Of a stretch of DNA of 64,000 bases, positions 1 through 14,134 are shown piece by piece; within the stretch, counting starts at the first letter, position 1; every line of letters starts with the position of its first letter. The stretch lies in the NCBI GenBank assembly GCA_951406725.2, contig OX597823.1:67952001-68016000 (forward strand). The letters are read 5' to 3'. The stretch comes from Octopus vulgaris. Its lineage: Eukaryota. A model generated the notes under the pieces. That model made no database searches and was not told the DNA's origin. It saw only the letters and a program-made list of their open reading frames with translations. The translations under genes were made by a program, and so were the position numbers.

Positions 1-1364
1 CTAATTTGTAAACAAGTGCAAAGCTACAGTCATATTTTACTACAACAATAGCAGTAACAGAAATATAACTACTTGGAACAGTCATCAATATCACAGAGGC
101 ACAAAAGGAGATTGTAGAAGAACTTAGGCAAACAATATCAGTGTTAATTGCATCACTAATTAATATTCCCTCTTCTTTCAATCTTAGTACAGTTTGTATC
201 CTCTGGCTGACTTTCATAGTTAGCAGCATGTTCAGTAGGATATAAGTTTCCTCATGATAGTAATTTGAGCAAGAAATAAGAATTGTGGTACCCATGTTTT
301 TCCAAAGTCCATTACAACTCCAGAGCAATGAAATAATTAATGTTGTCTGGTAATAAAAAATGGATTGTAGACTTAAAAATTTTTTAGAGCTTACATTTTA
401 TTTTTTACTATACTTAAATTATAGTTCAGATAAAATGTATTTTTCTGAATAAATGTTTAGATCAAAGCAATATTATAAGCCAACTCAATAGTGCTCAACC
501 CACAGTACAGGATGTTGGACGAATGAGGTCTTGTGCTAGTTAAGTTATGAAACCCTTGATTTTGAACGTCAGGCATACATGCTCAGGAAATTCATCGTTA
601 AAATTTGGGGTTGGGGTTGAGGAAGAAGATGGGTTCCACCACCCTGCCACTGGTCAACAGGGCCCTGTGCTTAAGCACACCTAAGCACAATAGTAAATCT
701 GGCACTGTCAACCCTATAGACTTAGGATCATAAATCTGGAGCTTAACATGGCTTCTATGGCATATAATTGACTGGTATTACAACACTCTTCATCTGAATG
801 TGACACTAAGCCATCACAAGATTGACTTCCAAGCTAATACTGGAACTCATTTATAGCTGAGTGGAGTGCAGGAATGTGAAATGAAGAGTTTTGCTCAAGA
901 ACACAATGACTTGCTCAGTCAAAGAATTGAAACCACTATCTTATGATCATGAGTGTAATACCCTAACCACTAGGCTATGTGCCTATACAACATGAAATAA
1001 GTTTACAGTGAGCTGAATCACAGAACAATTTTGACTCCTCTTATTGGTTTTTTTGTGGTAACTATTGAGTAATTAGGATGATATAGTGTTTTGTTGGTTC
1101 CTATTACTTGTAATATGTTAGTGAGTAGAGACTAGACAATTAGTCAATTGTATTTTTTCAAAGCAGTATCTACAAATACAGCAGCTGTGGTTGCTCTTCA
1201 TATATAAACAAGCAGATAAGATATACTTTGAGTTAAAATTCTGTTTTTCTTAATGCTTCTAAAGTAGACATAAGTTAAAGTGACTGTTTAACTAGCTGCA
1301 TACATTACACATAAAAAACAGGTCTTGTAGATAGTCATCTCCATCCCACCCTACCCCCCAAAAG

Positions 1365-1575
1365 TGGAGTCTAGGATATTTACCTCCACCCCATGGATAA
1401 TAATCCCCCAAGGACAATTACCTCTGAGGACCACAGATGATGATTTAAAACTTCTTAATATACTGGAGAAGTGGGTAATTAACCAAGGGGGTAAGTGACT
1501 TAGGGAGTAGTTGTCGTCAGGGAGAATTGTCCTACGGGGGTGTAATTGTTCTAGTGGGGTGACTGTCCTGATACA
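1365..1575. mobile_element. MITE-like element with inverted arrays of short subterminal repeats
   Basis: ggacaattacc-type units on the left and gggtaattgtcc-type units on the right, ending gtcctgatac. Confidence 0.5.
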
Positions 1576-1789
1576 AAAAAGAGTACTGTAAAAACTATAA
1601 ACTAAAGATATTAAATACTATCGCATTGCATATATAAAATTTGTTTTTGGTAATTAGGAAACAAGGTGGTTCTATAATAAGAAGGTAAGAAGTTTGCTTC
1701 CCAACCACATGGTTCCGGTTTCAGTTCCACTGAACATACTCTGGGTATGTGTAACCTACGATAGCCTTGAGTTGACCAAAGCCTTGTCA

Positions 1790-2178
1790 GGCGCAGGAGT
1801 GGCTGTGTGGTAAGTAGTTTGTTTACCAACCACATGGTTCCGGGTTCAGTCCCACTGCGTGGCACCTTGGGCAAGTGTCTTCTACTATAGCCTCGGGCCG
1901 ACCAAAGCCTTGTGAGTGGATTTGGTAGATGGAAACTGAAAGAAGCCCGTTGTATATATGTATATATATGCGTGTGTGTGTTTGTCCCCCTAGCATTGCT
2001 TGACAACCGATGCTGGTGTGTTTATGTCCCCGGTACTTAGCGGTTCGGCAAAAGAGACCGATAGAATAAGTACTGGGCTTACAAAAGAATAAGTCCTGGG
2101 GTCGAGTTGCTCGATTAAAGGCGATGCTCCAGCATGGCCGCAGTCAAATGACTGAAACAAGTAAAAGAGTAAAGAGAG
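1790..2178 (+). mobile_element. tRNA-derived SINE family A, full-length
   Basis: GGCGCAGGAGTGGCTGTGTGG head, GGTTCAGTCC B-box-like motif, CCTTGGGCAAGTG core, internal (TA)/(TG) tract, GTAAAAGAG tail. More than 10 copies or fragments occur in the window. Confidence 0.9.
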
Positions 2179-2475
2179 ATATGGTCAACAGGAAGAACTC
2201 TTAGTGTGTGTGTGTTTGTACCAGTGTTTGTGCCACACTACTGCTTGATATCTGATGTTGGTTTGTTTACATATCTGTAACTTAAGTAGTTCAACAAAAG
2301 ACCAATAGAATAGCTTATCAAAAATATGGTCAGTACTGGGGTTGATTCATTTGACTAAAATTCTTCAAAGTCATGCCCCAGCATGGCCACAGTCTAATGA
2401 CTGGAACAACTAAAAGATAACAGATATAATAAAAATGTCTAACAGACTCATCTTGTATTTGATTTTAATCATATA

Positions 2476-2640
2476 GGCGCAGGAGTGGCTGTGTGGTAAG
2501 TAGCTTGCTAACCAACCACATGGTTCTGGGTTCAGTCCCACTGCGTGGCATCTTGGGCAAGTGTCTTCAGCTATAGCCCCGGGCCGACCAAAGCCTTGTG
2601 AGTGGATTTGGTAGACGGAAACTGAAAGAAGCCTGTCGTA

Positions 2641-2687
<47 letters not shown>

Positions 2688-2885
2688 TTGTGTTTGTCCC
2701 CCTGGCATTGCTTGACAACCGATGCTGGTGTGTTTACGTCTCCATCACTTAGCGGTTCGGCAAAAGAGACCGATAGAATAAGTACTGGGCTTACAAAGAA
2801 TAAGTCCCGGGATCGATTTGCTCGACTAAAGGTGGTGCTCCAGCATGGCTGCAGTCAAATGACTGAAACAAGTAAAAGAGAGTAA
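2476..2885 (+). mobile_element. SINE family A, full-length
   Basis: Near-identical to 1790-2178 end to end. Confidence 0.9.
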
Positions 2886-3046
2886 GTAAAAAGATGTAAA
2901 GTTTCTACTTTTCACTTTTCAGACATTGCTAATATGCCACCCAAAGATAATCAGAGATGTTACCAATTGAAATTTTGTGAAAATCAAGTAGATGAATCAA
3001 ACTAATCATTACAAGATGTTTTGTTTTTTTTTCAAATGGAACTTAC

Positions 3047-3121
3047 CTTGCCCTCTCGTGTTAAACCCTTCTCATTATTTGCAGGAAAAAGCTTTAAAGT
3101 AACTGGTCCACTGAATTTGGC
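3047..3121 (-). CDS. MPP7: Internal exon of MPP7-like protein: PDZ last strand and linker to SH3 (AKFSGPVTLKLFPANNEKGLTREGK)
   Basis: 75 nt, pyrimidine-rich acceptor tctttctcttttcag, donor gtaagt, phase 0 to 0. It aligns without gaps to MPP7 AQSQGAITFKIIP...SKEGK as recalled. Confidence 0.88.
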
Positions 3122-3249
3122 CTGAAAAGAGAAAGAAAGAATCACTTGTAATATGACAGAACTGACTATCATTATGAAGCAAACTTTTAATCTGTTTGCT
3201 TTTACAACATTGCTGCTGTGCCACAAATATTTAATATTAATTTCATTAA

Positions 3250-3765
3250 CAAGGTGGTGAGCTTGCAGAATTGTTAGCATGCAAAGCAAAATATTTAGCA
3301 GCATTTTGTCTGTCTTTACATTCTGAGTTCAAATTCCATGGAGGTCTACTTTGCCTTTCATCCTTTCGGGGTCAATAAAATAATTGCCAGTTGAGCATTG
3401 GAATTGAAGTAATTGACTTAACCCTGAAATTGCTGGCCTTGTGCCAAAATTTGAAACCAATATTAGTTACATTAAAGTTTTGCAATAGTCTGTAAGCTAA
3501 CTCCAAAAATTAATAGGTTTCTTAAAGATTAATCAACAATGTATTCAATGTTTTAGAATTTTCAAATGTGGTGAGTTAGTAGAATTGTTAGCACACCAGC
3601 GGCATTTTGTCTGTCGTTATGTTCTGAGTTCAAATTCTGCCAAGGTCAACCGTGTCTTTCAGGGATCAATAAAATAAGTGCCAGTTGTGCACTGGGGTTG
3701 ATGTAATTGACTTTTCCCCACTTTCCCAAAATTGTTGGCCTTGTGCCAGAAACCTGAAACTAATA
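3250..3765 (+). mobile_element. Two tandem copies of SINE family B (~3250-3460 and ~3565-3765)
   Basis: Shared ggtgagct(g)gcagaat.gttagca..ttctgagttcaaattc..gcctttcatcctttcggggtc.ataaa..agtaccag blocks. The family recurs more than 12 times in the window. Confidence 0.85.
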
Positions 3766-5889
3766 TTTTAGAAATTTCAAAAAAAAAAAAAAAATCAAAA
3801 GATTATCAAATACATCTCTTGTTCCATGATAGGTAATTTTATATGTGATTTTATCAACAGGTTTTGACATAGTAAATGCAAATATATGAATAATACAAAT
3901 AAGAAGGTGACCAATCATGAGGATTTTACAAAAACTATATTCACTCAATAGTTAGGCTCTAAGAAACATAAACTTTGAGCTTCTAAAAAATGTAAATATT
4001 AAGCATGATTAAAACAGTTTAAATGTCTGAAAAGATGTGTTGTTAATATGGATATGATTTTTATGAATGTTAGCCCCATCTTTAGAGAAAGAAAATATTA
4101 AAAAATTTGTATGATCTGTTGATTTGTGTCAAATACTTCAATGCATGCCAGCATGGAATACAGATGATGATGATGATTAATATGTTTTGATTGATTAAAC
4201 AGCTGATCATCATCATTGTCTGTTTCATTTACACAAGTCAAGAGATAAGAAAATTATTTCCCTTAATTTAGAAATAAAGATCATAACTAGTCCAGTACCT
4301 TGTACACATCCAGAAATAAGTCACCAGAAGACAAGTGGACATTAAACTGATCAAAGTTTCATGAAGTGGTAAATATTATAATATCACCCTCCCCCACCTC
4401 ACCTTTAAAATGTGGTTAATAGTGAAAAGAATAATTGTATTAACCTCCAAATTATAAGTGCAGAAATGCACATTATGGTGGACTGTGATATTGAAATCAT
4501 GTCATAATCTAATGGTAATGAAGAAACCCATGGCTACTGTGTTGTAAACAGATGAACCTGCTATATTCCTATACGTTCTAATTTGTATATATATAAAACA
4601 CTTGTTGCATTTTACATGTTTAATAGAGAACACTACCTATTCTACATAGTACTAAATACACTGTGGTAGCTCTAAAGCATGTCACCAACTTCATGTTATT
4701 AGTTTGCCAACATCTATATCATACGTGGATCATAAGTGTCTTGTTTGAACAGTCAGCTTCTTAAAGAAGGTCCTGAATGGGTGGGTTGTGTGTTCAAACT
4801 TGTCTTGGTATATTTGATCTAATCACTTTAAGAATACTGAAGTAATAGTTGTTCTAGGTTTCCATTGTTATATTTTTACCATGTTTCCCTCCCATTTTTT
4901 TTTTAGCTGTATTTTAAAGAAGGTATCTCTTTCTACCTTTTGGGACCAAGATATATTGAGCTAAAAGCCAAGAAGGGAATTGACAGAAATTATTACCAAG
5001 AGTTGGATACAAGTCTAAAAAGACACTGTCTTCAAGCCAACTGTGCATCTACAGTCATTTTAACTTGCTAGAAATAACATCCAAATTTTCTTTAAATCAT
5101 ATCCTACTATCTTAAAAAAGATAAATACACATCTCATGTTATGCTACATAACTCTATGTCTGAACAATAGGTGGAATAGCCATAGATGAATTGTCCTTTG
5201 ATAATATTTCCAAAATATAATTCCAAACCATATATCTACACCAATATTTCTCCATAGCATCACATATTATTGTAGTAAATTAACAGAAACACCAACTTTC
5301 AATAACTGGTTTGAAACATTCTTGTTAATTTTACATTGCTAAAATCTTTGGGTAAGACAATCATAAGTTCTTTCTTCTTCCCTAAACTTTTGACTTTATT
5401 GCCTACTTTATAAGAAACAATTACCTCCTGTCAAGGAAAAGACTAATAAACCAATTGAGATTTCATAAATCAGAAGATAAGATCTCTGTTATATATTTAT
5501 TACCTCTGAAATATATATAAGAGATTGATTATTATTTCTTTCTGTAGCTTCAATCCATAGAATATCTGAGAAATAATTAAGTCTTCTTTATATTTATCCT
5601 TTCAATCTAACATTCACAGTATAATTAGTGACTAAATGGAATTGCCTTATAGCATTTATTTTCCTTTTTTAAAAATTTATTTATTATTATTATCATCTTT
5701 TCAATTATTATCTCTTAGATACACTAATTTTATTTCATAATAGTGTGGAGCAACATCTCACTTTCATGAATTGTGTAGTTTCCATTTTAACAAGCAATGG
5801 TGAGAAATAAAAGAAATACACTTACTAAAGTTGCCTTTCTTCTTTTATAATTCTTTTTTTGTACTTAATTTATATGGCTCTAATAATCC

Positions 5890-6278
5890 TTTCTACTATA
5901 GACACAAGACCTGAATTTTTTTTTGTGGGGGGTGGGTTAAGTCAATTACTCAACTGGTACTTAATTTATCGACCCTAAAAGGATGAAAGGCAAAGTTGGC
6001 TTTGGCAGAATTTGAACTCAGCACGTAGTGGCAGACAAAATACCTATTTATTTACTACCCACAAGGGGCTACACACAGAGGGGACAAATAAAGACAGACA
6101 AACAGATTAAGTCGATTATATCGACCCCAGTGTGTAACTGGTACTTATTTAATTGGCCCCGAAAGGATGAAAGGCAAAGTTGACCTTGGCGGAATTTGAA
6201 CTCAGAACGTAGCGGCAGACAAAATACCGCTAAGCATTTTGTCTAGTATGTTAATGATTCTGCCAGCTTGCTGTCTTG
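5890..6278 (-). mobile_element. SINE family B dimer or nested copies
   Basis: The block gaaaggatgaaaggcaaagtt..gaatttgaactcag..ggcagacaaaatacc occurs twice (~5975-6045 and ~6160-6230). Confidence 0.8.
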
Positions 6279-7339
6279 ATATGGCTGTAAATAATAACAG
6301 CAGGAGATATTTGTTCTGAAAGAACCAGAATGTTGTACTAAAATGTCCATTAATATATCATGCTGTACATGTAACCATAATTAATGGACATGTAATGTTA
6401 ATATCTCAGGAAGGTTGAGAGCAAGCAAGTTAAGTAAGTGGATGTACATGAAAGTTAATATTTTCAGTGGAGATTACTGACTTGTTTGGTAAAGTAATAT
6501 AAGTAGAGGATTAACATGGTTTAAAAGGTGCAGCATGCTGAAGTTGAAGGATTTCCATACCAAAAATTATATCTATATTAATAAATGTGAAATTCTGTCT
6601 GTCTGGGACCCCTGTATCTCAGTCTAAATTTGCTCTACATAGACATATTATACCTTTTTGGAATCAGGATTATCCCAGAATTGAAAATTTGCCCTTCATT
6701 TGGTTCTTGAACACCCAGCATTGGGATCTGACTTAAAAGCATTTTGGTTGCTATTTCTAGCAAATAAAGTGACTGTGAGAAGTTTCAGTGCCATAGTACA
6801 AGAGTTCCTCTCTTAGCTTAAAGTTTTACAAGAGAATATAGTGGTTCTTTTATCTTTTTCAGTCATCAGACTGTGGTCAAGCTGGGGCACCATCTTGAAG
6901 AATTTTAATCGAACAAATCAACACTAGTTCTTTCTTTTTTATTCCTAGTACTTTTTTTTATTGGCCTCCTTTACCGAACTGCTAAGTTATATGAATGTAA
7001 ACATACCAACACCAGTTATCAAGCAGTGGTGGGAGACAACCACAAACACAAAGCCACAATATATATATATATATATATATATATACACCCTCTATTTTGC
7101 AGAAAAAAGTGTGGGCGGCCACCAGCACTTCTTCTGCAAAATAGGGGGTAGCTTATCATGTTCAGGCTATATTATTAGCATTACCCTGCGTTTGAGAATT
7201 TAACTTTCTAAGACATCTCAACTCTTCTAAAGCAAAGTTCGTTTGTTTTGTTTACACTCATCGTAATTTGAATTTAATATCTATGTGTATATATATATGT
7301 GTGTTTATATATATGTGTATATATATATGTATATATATG

Positions 7340-7381
<42 letters not shown>

Positions 7382-7382
7382 C

Positions 7383-7784
7383 TCTCTCTCTTTTACTTGT
7401 TTCAGTCAGTTGACTGCGGCCATGCTGGAGCACCGCCTTTAGTCGAGCAACTCGACCCCGGGACTTATTCTTTGTAAGCCCAGTACTTATTCTATCGGTC
7501 TCTTTTGCCAAACCGCTAAGTGACAGGGACATAAACACACCAGCATCGGTTGTCAAGCAATGCTAGGGGGACAAACACAGACACACAAACATACACGCAA
7601 ACATATATATATACATATATACGACGGGCTTCTTGCAGTTTCCGTCTACCAAATCCACTCACAAGGCTTTGGTCGGCCTGGGGCTATAGCAGAAGACACT
7701 TGCCCAAGATGCCATGCAGTGGGACTGAACCCAGAACCATGTTGTTGATTAGCAAGCTACTTACCACACAGCCACTTCTGCGTC
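7383..7784 (-). mobile_element. SINE family A, full-length
   Basis: Reverse complement of the copies at 1790 and 2476, high identity. Confidence 0.9.
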
Positions 7785-9096
7785 TATTAATATACCTTCT
7801 ATTCAAATTTTAAAAGAACTCTGAAAATTTGTGAACTTATAAGTTTTTCATTTAAACTGAACTTAAAATAATAACATATTGGTAGGGTATCAATAAATAC
7901 TTTATCATTATTGCTCTCCTGAGTTCTGGGTCACAGGCGCAATTATCCCCTTGTAGGAGCTAGCTTAAAAGTCTGTATGGAGTGTAACTTTTAAGCTAAT
8001 ACAGTATAAACTATAAGCATCAACTTTTAGAATAGGTACATGATATTCTTGCACATTCTAAGAAGTAATTAAAAGGGTTGGTGACAGCAAGAGCATCCAG
8101 CTATAAACCACTACCTCAGAAAAACCCTCTAGACCATGCCAGCATAGAAAAGTGGACATAAAATGTTGCTGCTATTGATAATAATGATGTTCAGATGATG
8201 TCGTAACTACCTAAATGATACTTTATGAATAAAAAGGACTAATAAATATGCATATATTATAGTTCTTTGCGGTGCAATGTTACATAACAAAGTCTGAATT
8301 GAAGATCAGTTATTACATCCAATATATGTTATATTAAATGTGTAATAGACTGATATTATCATTATTTAATTATCATTGTTTATAATAAATTGAAATACTA
8401 GCACTGAAAAACCTGAAATCTTTAAACAATAGATGAGTATAATATATGTTCTGATTACTGTACCATGTTTCTTTTATAGCAGTTTGAAAAAAATCTCTTT
8501 TGTTCCTGATTCTATGATATTAACCTCTCTTTTATTTTTTGTCCACAGATCAGAACTTTTATTTTAGAATTCTTTATCTTATACTTATTATTTATGTCTT
8601 TTGTCATTTGATTTAGTTAAGTTGTATTTTGGTGATGAATTATTACATTTAAACATAGAACCATCACAATTAGTTACAGAATTTGAGCTTTACTTTTACT
8701 TATGCTGATGAACAGAAAGAGAATTTTAGATCTTTATATATTATTTGTTTAATGCCTGATTTTCCATGATAGCATGGGTTAGGTGAATACCCATAACTAA
8801 GTTACTGTTTTACATCTGGATGGATGCCTTTCTTGCCATTAACCCATGCCTGTATTCAAATAAGAGATTACTCAATATAATTTGACCACTGGTTGAATTA
8901 AAAGTCAACTGATATCAAATACTAGTATGAATATCAATATCTCTAAATTTTCAAAGATCTAAAGAGAGAAAAATCTGGATGTAGTTTTTTTTTTTTCTGC
9001 AAACAAAACTGTCCAACATTGCATAAATCTTTTAGAACTAAGTTTTGCAGCACAGAAGATTAGTAAATAATCCTGTCATTATTATTCTCATAGAGT

Positions 9097-9315
9097 AAGG
9101 TGGAGAGCTGGCAGAATCGTTAGCATGTCAGGCAAACTGTTTAGTGGCATTTTGCTAGTCCTTATGTTCTGATTTCAAGTTCCACCGTGGTTCACTTTTC
9201 CTTTCATCCTTTCATAGTCAATAAAATAAGTACCAGTTGAGTACCAGGGTCAATATAATTGACTTACCTGCTCTCGTAAAATTGCTGGCCCCCTGCCAAA
9301 ATTTGAAACCCTTAT
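9097..9315 (+). mobile_element. SINE family B
   Basis: Colinear match to family B. Confidence 0.8.
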
Positions 9316-12300
9316 TATTCTCACAGAGTGGACTTGAATTTGTTCATTATTTCTTTTCAGCCATTTGGAAACCAGACAATTTCTTGCTCATCAATAATAC
9401 ATGTATGGAATATACTTTACTATATTCCTACATTATAAAACCTTCTTGATGACCTTAATTTTTGGTTAATTTGTTACTTGACCCAATTTTGAAATATCTG
9501 GACATTAATGAACAAGTTATCTAAGATTCTACAATATTTACATTGTTCTTCATAATATTTACATCTTCTTTATTTATATTAATAGTTATTAAATATAAAT
9601 AATTTCAATGAAGTATCTCATTTCACGAATCAGTTAACACATTATCATATTTCTAATTTCAATGTGGCTCGGGGGGGGGGGGGGCATTTGGTTGATATTT
9701 CTAGCAATTCAAGTGACCATATGACGCAGGCAACTTTTTGGGAAGCAGGCTACCTGGAACACAGCTCATCATTAGGCAGGCTAACCTACTAAAAAAGTGG
9801 TAGGTATTCTTTTGTTAGTTGTTTCACAGGCTGCAGATTGCCCATGATTGATATAAAAGCTTTCCATTAAAGGTAGGCAGAGATTAATAGGCTGAGGTAA
9901 AAATATATAGTCAAATGATCTGAATATGCCTTTTTCTTCTCCTCCTCGTCATTCAGTGTCCATTTACCATGCTGGCATGGGTGGAACGGTTTGACAAGAG
10001 TTGACCAGCCAGAGAACTGCCCAGGCTCCAATTGTCTGTTTTGACATGGTTTCTATGGCTGAATGCCCTTCCTAATGCCAACCACTTTACAGAGTGTACT
10101 GGGTGCTTTTAAGTTGGCACCAGCATGGGTGCTTTATACAGGGATGCTTTAATCTTATATGTTGTTAAAACTTATTTTACGATCTCTTGATGAATTTATA
10201 CCAAAGTAGACACTACAGCACAGCCAACATCTTTCATCAAATACACTAGTTTTTGTTAAATTATTATTTCGACATAGATTTTTGACTTCCTTCTTTCTTA
10301 CAATGTACATATGAAATAAATATTGCTAGTAATATAACCTTGAATATTGTCGATATTTTTATAAGCATAAGCATAAAAAAACATGTTTATTTAATTTTAA
10401 TTTTATTTACGGCTAAGTAGAAGAAGGATGAGCTTTTTTCAGGGCTTCCTGGATTGGTAGGAAGAAGTTACCGTCAGACTGGATATTTAGAAATGCAATG
10501 GATTCTGCAAAAGGAATCCAAGAATGAGAGATGGAGGTGAGGGTTGGGGGGATACTAAACTGGTCATAAAATGATTTCTAATTAAATGAAGAAATTGAAA
10601 TGTATTGTGACCTCCTTGATAATAGATTCAAAACTGTATCAATCTGGTTAAGTGCAATACTTAAATATCTAAGAAAAATACTTTGAAATTCTGATGATTT
10701 TGATTGTAACTTCATCAATTAGATTAGTAAATTACTGTAGGTCATTGCAAGTGAAAAGATCATATACAGAGAAGTTCAGAAATAATATCTAATTAAAATT
10801 AATGTGTAGAGAACAAAAGTCTGAATATATGTTATACAATAATAGAATTTCTTCAAATTAACCAAAGATATTATCTGTTTATTACTATAATATACATGTG
10901 TCTATGAGTGGGTGTTTGAACATTTGCAATTGTCTTAAACTCTAAATGCACATTTTTACCAACTTTTAAATTCTTAAATTCTGAGGGAGATGAGTCAGGA
11001 ATGTATTTGTTATTCAAGGAATCTTTCTTGCCTAAGAGCATGACATGTCTTTAGACAACCCAAGAACAGAAGCTTCTTTGTAGTTGCTTCATTTGCTGAA
11101 ATAACATCTAAATCTCTCTCGGATCACATTCTACTGTTCTTAAAAAATTAAGGGCTCACTGGATGATGATAATAGTCTCTCTCATGTTGATTTTTCATAA
11201 ATGAGCATCGAGTCATTTGATCAAGTGAGTAACCTGCTCACTGAATGAGCATATAAAGTAGCTGAGTATTTGATAGACATATGTATTTCAATGATATTCT
11301 CTGGTAGAATTAGTATGGCACAAGTGTTATAAACTTGGACCTTTTGAAGTACAGATGCAATCTATCTTAAGGGTTTCTACAATTTCTGTCCAGACAAATT
11401 CACTCACAAGTTTTATGTCAACCAAGGTTAAAATAAATGTACTTGCCCAAGATGCCACACAGTAAAATTGAACTCAAGCCTGCTTGATCAGGGTTGGTCT
11501 GGGGTTAAACACCAAAAACAACATATCTACAGTAGCAAAGTTTTAATTCATATCATATCTAGTAGTCAAGTATTTTAATTTAAAATCCAGTGTGTCTACT
11601 AATATTGAATTTATTTTCTATTTTATCAAACTATATATATTTTTATACCAACATTAAATATAATTTTTTTAATATTTTATTAATATATTAAGATTGTTAA
11701 TTTCCAGGCAAGTAAGTATTTTAGTTAATGCCAAAAGATATCATAAAAATACGATAAAATAAAATTCAAAACAATTGATTAATTTAAAAATAATATCTTA
11801 TCTTGTGAATCAAATAATATAAAAGAAGTCCATTATAAACGCTGGATGAAATATTTTTGCATTTGAAATGATTCTTTATTTTAAAATGTTAGTTCAGGAA
11901 ATAGCTGAAAATATTTCTATGTGGAAAGGAAATATAATATGAAAAATAAGTGATTGTCTTTGTAGTTAAAATTTAATTGAATATGCAAGCTATGAACTTA
12001 AATAGAAACCTTTTAAGCTGATGCATTTGCAATGTTCTATCTCATTTATTTGTTTATACACACACACACACACACAGAGAAACTTTTTCTTTTGATTTAG
12101 TTTCGTGCAGAATTAAATGAAGCTTCAGTTTCAAAATAGATTTTCAACTTTCTCTTATGAAATAGCTTCATTACAACTACAAAAGAAAAAAAAAAGCCTG
12201 AAATACTTATTTAAAGACTGCTCCCTTAATCTCACAGTTGAAGATTATTTAGGATGTAGTTAATATAAGAACTTTGACATGTATTAACTAAAATTTTTGT

Positions 12301-13628
12301 AAGAAAGAGAGTTATAAATTTCAAGTAAAGAATCAATATTTTAAACAAATTTCTAAAATCATACTATCTTTGTTCAAGTGGCTCTTGAAATTATCTTTTA
12401 GAATAAATATATTATGGATGATATTTATATTAACTTATCAGCAATTATGAGATAATTCTCAAACAGAATTACTTAATATGATATAATAATTACAAATATA
12501 AAATAGTGATATAGGAATTATTGAAGTTGATGATTTTTAAAGCTATTTATTCACTGATGCTGACATGAACATTAAATCATACAGAAACAAAATTTTCACA
12601 ACATAGAAACAAAATGCAGCAAAACTAAAAATGAATTATATAAACTAGAAAAATCCTTCATTACATCACAGAAACTGATATTAAAATATTTATGAAAAGT
12701 GGGTTTTAGGCATTAAACAAGAATAACATTGTTTTGAAGAAGAGCTAAATATAATTGCAATTTGTTTCAGTACCTGAAAAATGTTGCACTAGATTTGATA
12801 TTAAAATGACTATTATGGAAGTGGGGGGAAAAAAATCAATGGTTTGTGGTATTTAAGAATGACAGATCATTCTGATATAATATAACATATTACATTAATG
12901 TAGTTATTGACACCTGTACTTTTCCTTATATGCTAAGTGACATTTCTTAATTCAAACAAATATCAATATATGTGTGCATATATATACATACACATGAACA
13001 CGCTTTAAAAATTCCTTGGTGATGATATTACAAAGAAAACTTTGAGATCAAAGAAGAATAGGAAATATTAAATTAGCAAATAATTGTAAAAGAAATAAAA
13101 CAAACTTTGACATACAGCATTGACTGGAAAACTAACAGAACATAAAAGAGAAATATATGAAATATGAATCAGGAGAATGTAGTCATCAAAGAAATGATAA
13201 TCAATAATAGATTAGTGTATTAATTAAAGAGGAAAAGAGGCTTGGTAAGTAAATATTTAAAAGAAAAAAGAATTAGATTAACATCCACTACAGCCGGAAG
13301 AAAGAAGCGGAAAAAAAGATAAGATGTAAGTGAGACCACCCCCACACATTTATATTTATTAATACACGTGATGATTGTATGTGTGAATATATATATATAT
13401 ATATATCTTGTGTGTACAGTAAGAAATAAGATGTATAGGTTAGAGCTCCATGTAGATTAACATTATCCAGTCAACTTCCAGTACAGTGGTTAGTTGACCA
13501 CTGTACTTAGTAGTAATACTAGTTATCATATATAGGAAGAAACTAAGATGAATAACAGTTTGAATATTTAGTTACTAGAGAAATATTTTATTGCATTCTG
13601 TTACAGAAATCAAATATACATATATGTA

Positions 13629-13782
13629 CGCTCACGGAGTGGTTGGCATTAGGAAGGGCATCCAGCTGTAGAAAAACTGCCAGATCAGACTGGAGCCTAG
13701 TGCAGCCTCCTGGCTTCCCAGACCCTGGTCGAACCATCCAACCCATGCTAGCATGGAAAACGAACATTAAACGATGATGATG
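13629..13782 (+). mobile_element. RTE-tail-type short fragment (others at ~9950-10140, 23920-24112, 31830-32000, 34283-34415)
   Basis: Reverse-complement match to 14370-14522. Confidence 0.8.
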
Positions 13783-14101
13783 TATGTATATAAGTATGTA
13801 AATATAAGTATATATACATATGGAAGTACATATAAGTATATATTTATTATTCTTACACAAGAATGTTGTTGAGTTTCAGTCAGTTAAGTCATTGTCTGAT
13901 TGCTTAACTGGCCAAAACTTCAAAGTCACTGTCAACAATATTCTTGCATAAGAATGATAAATTTAATCTCTACAAAAGTATAAAGTATAAAGTAACCCAT
14001 CAAATTAAGGTTTTTATTATAATTGAACATAACCACAAATACTAATATAAATGTGTGTGTGTGTATATATATATGTGTGTGTATATATATGTGTGTGTGT
14101 A

Positions 14102-14134
<33 letters not shown>

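Noticed and set aside
1611-2885. Recurrent ORFs such as MSSNARGTNT.. and RLWSARGYSRRHLPK..
   Set aside because: They are translations of SINE A copies and not genes.
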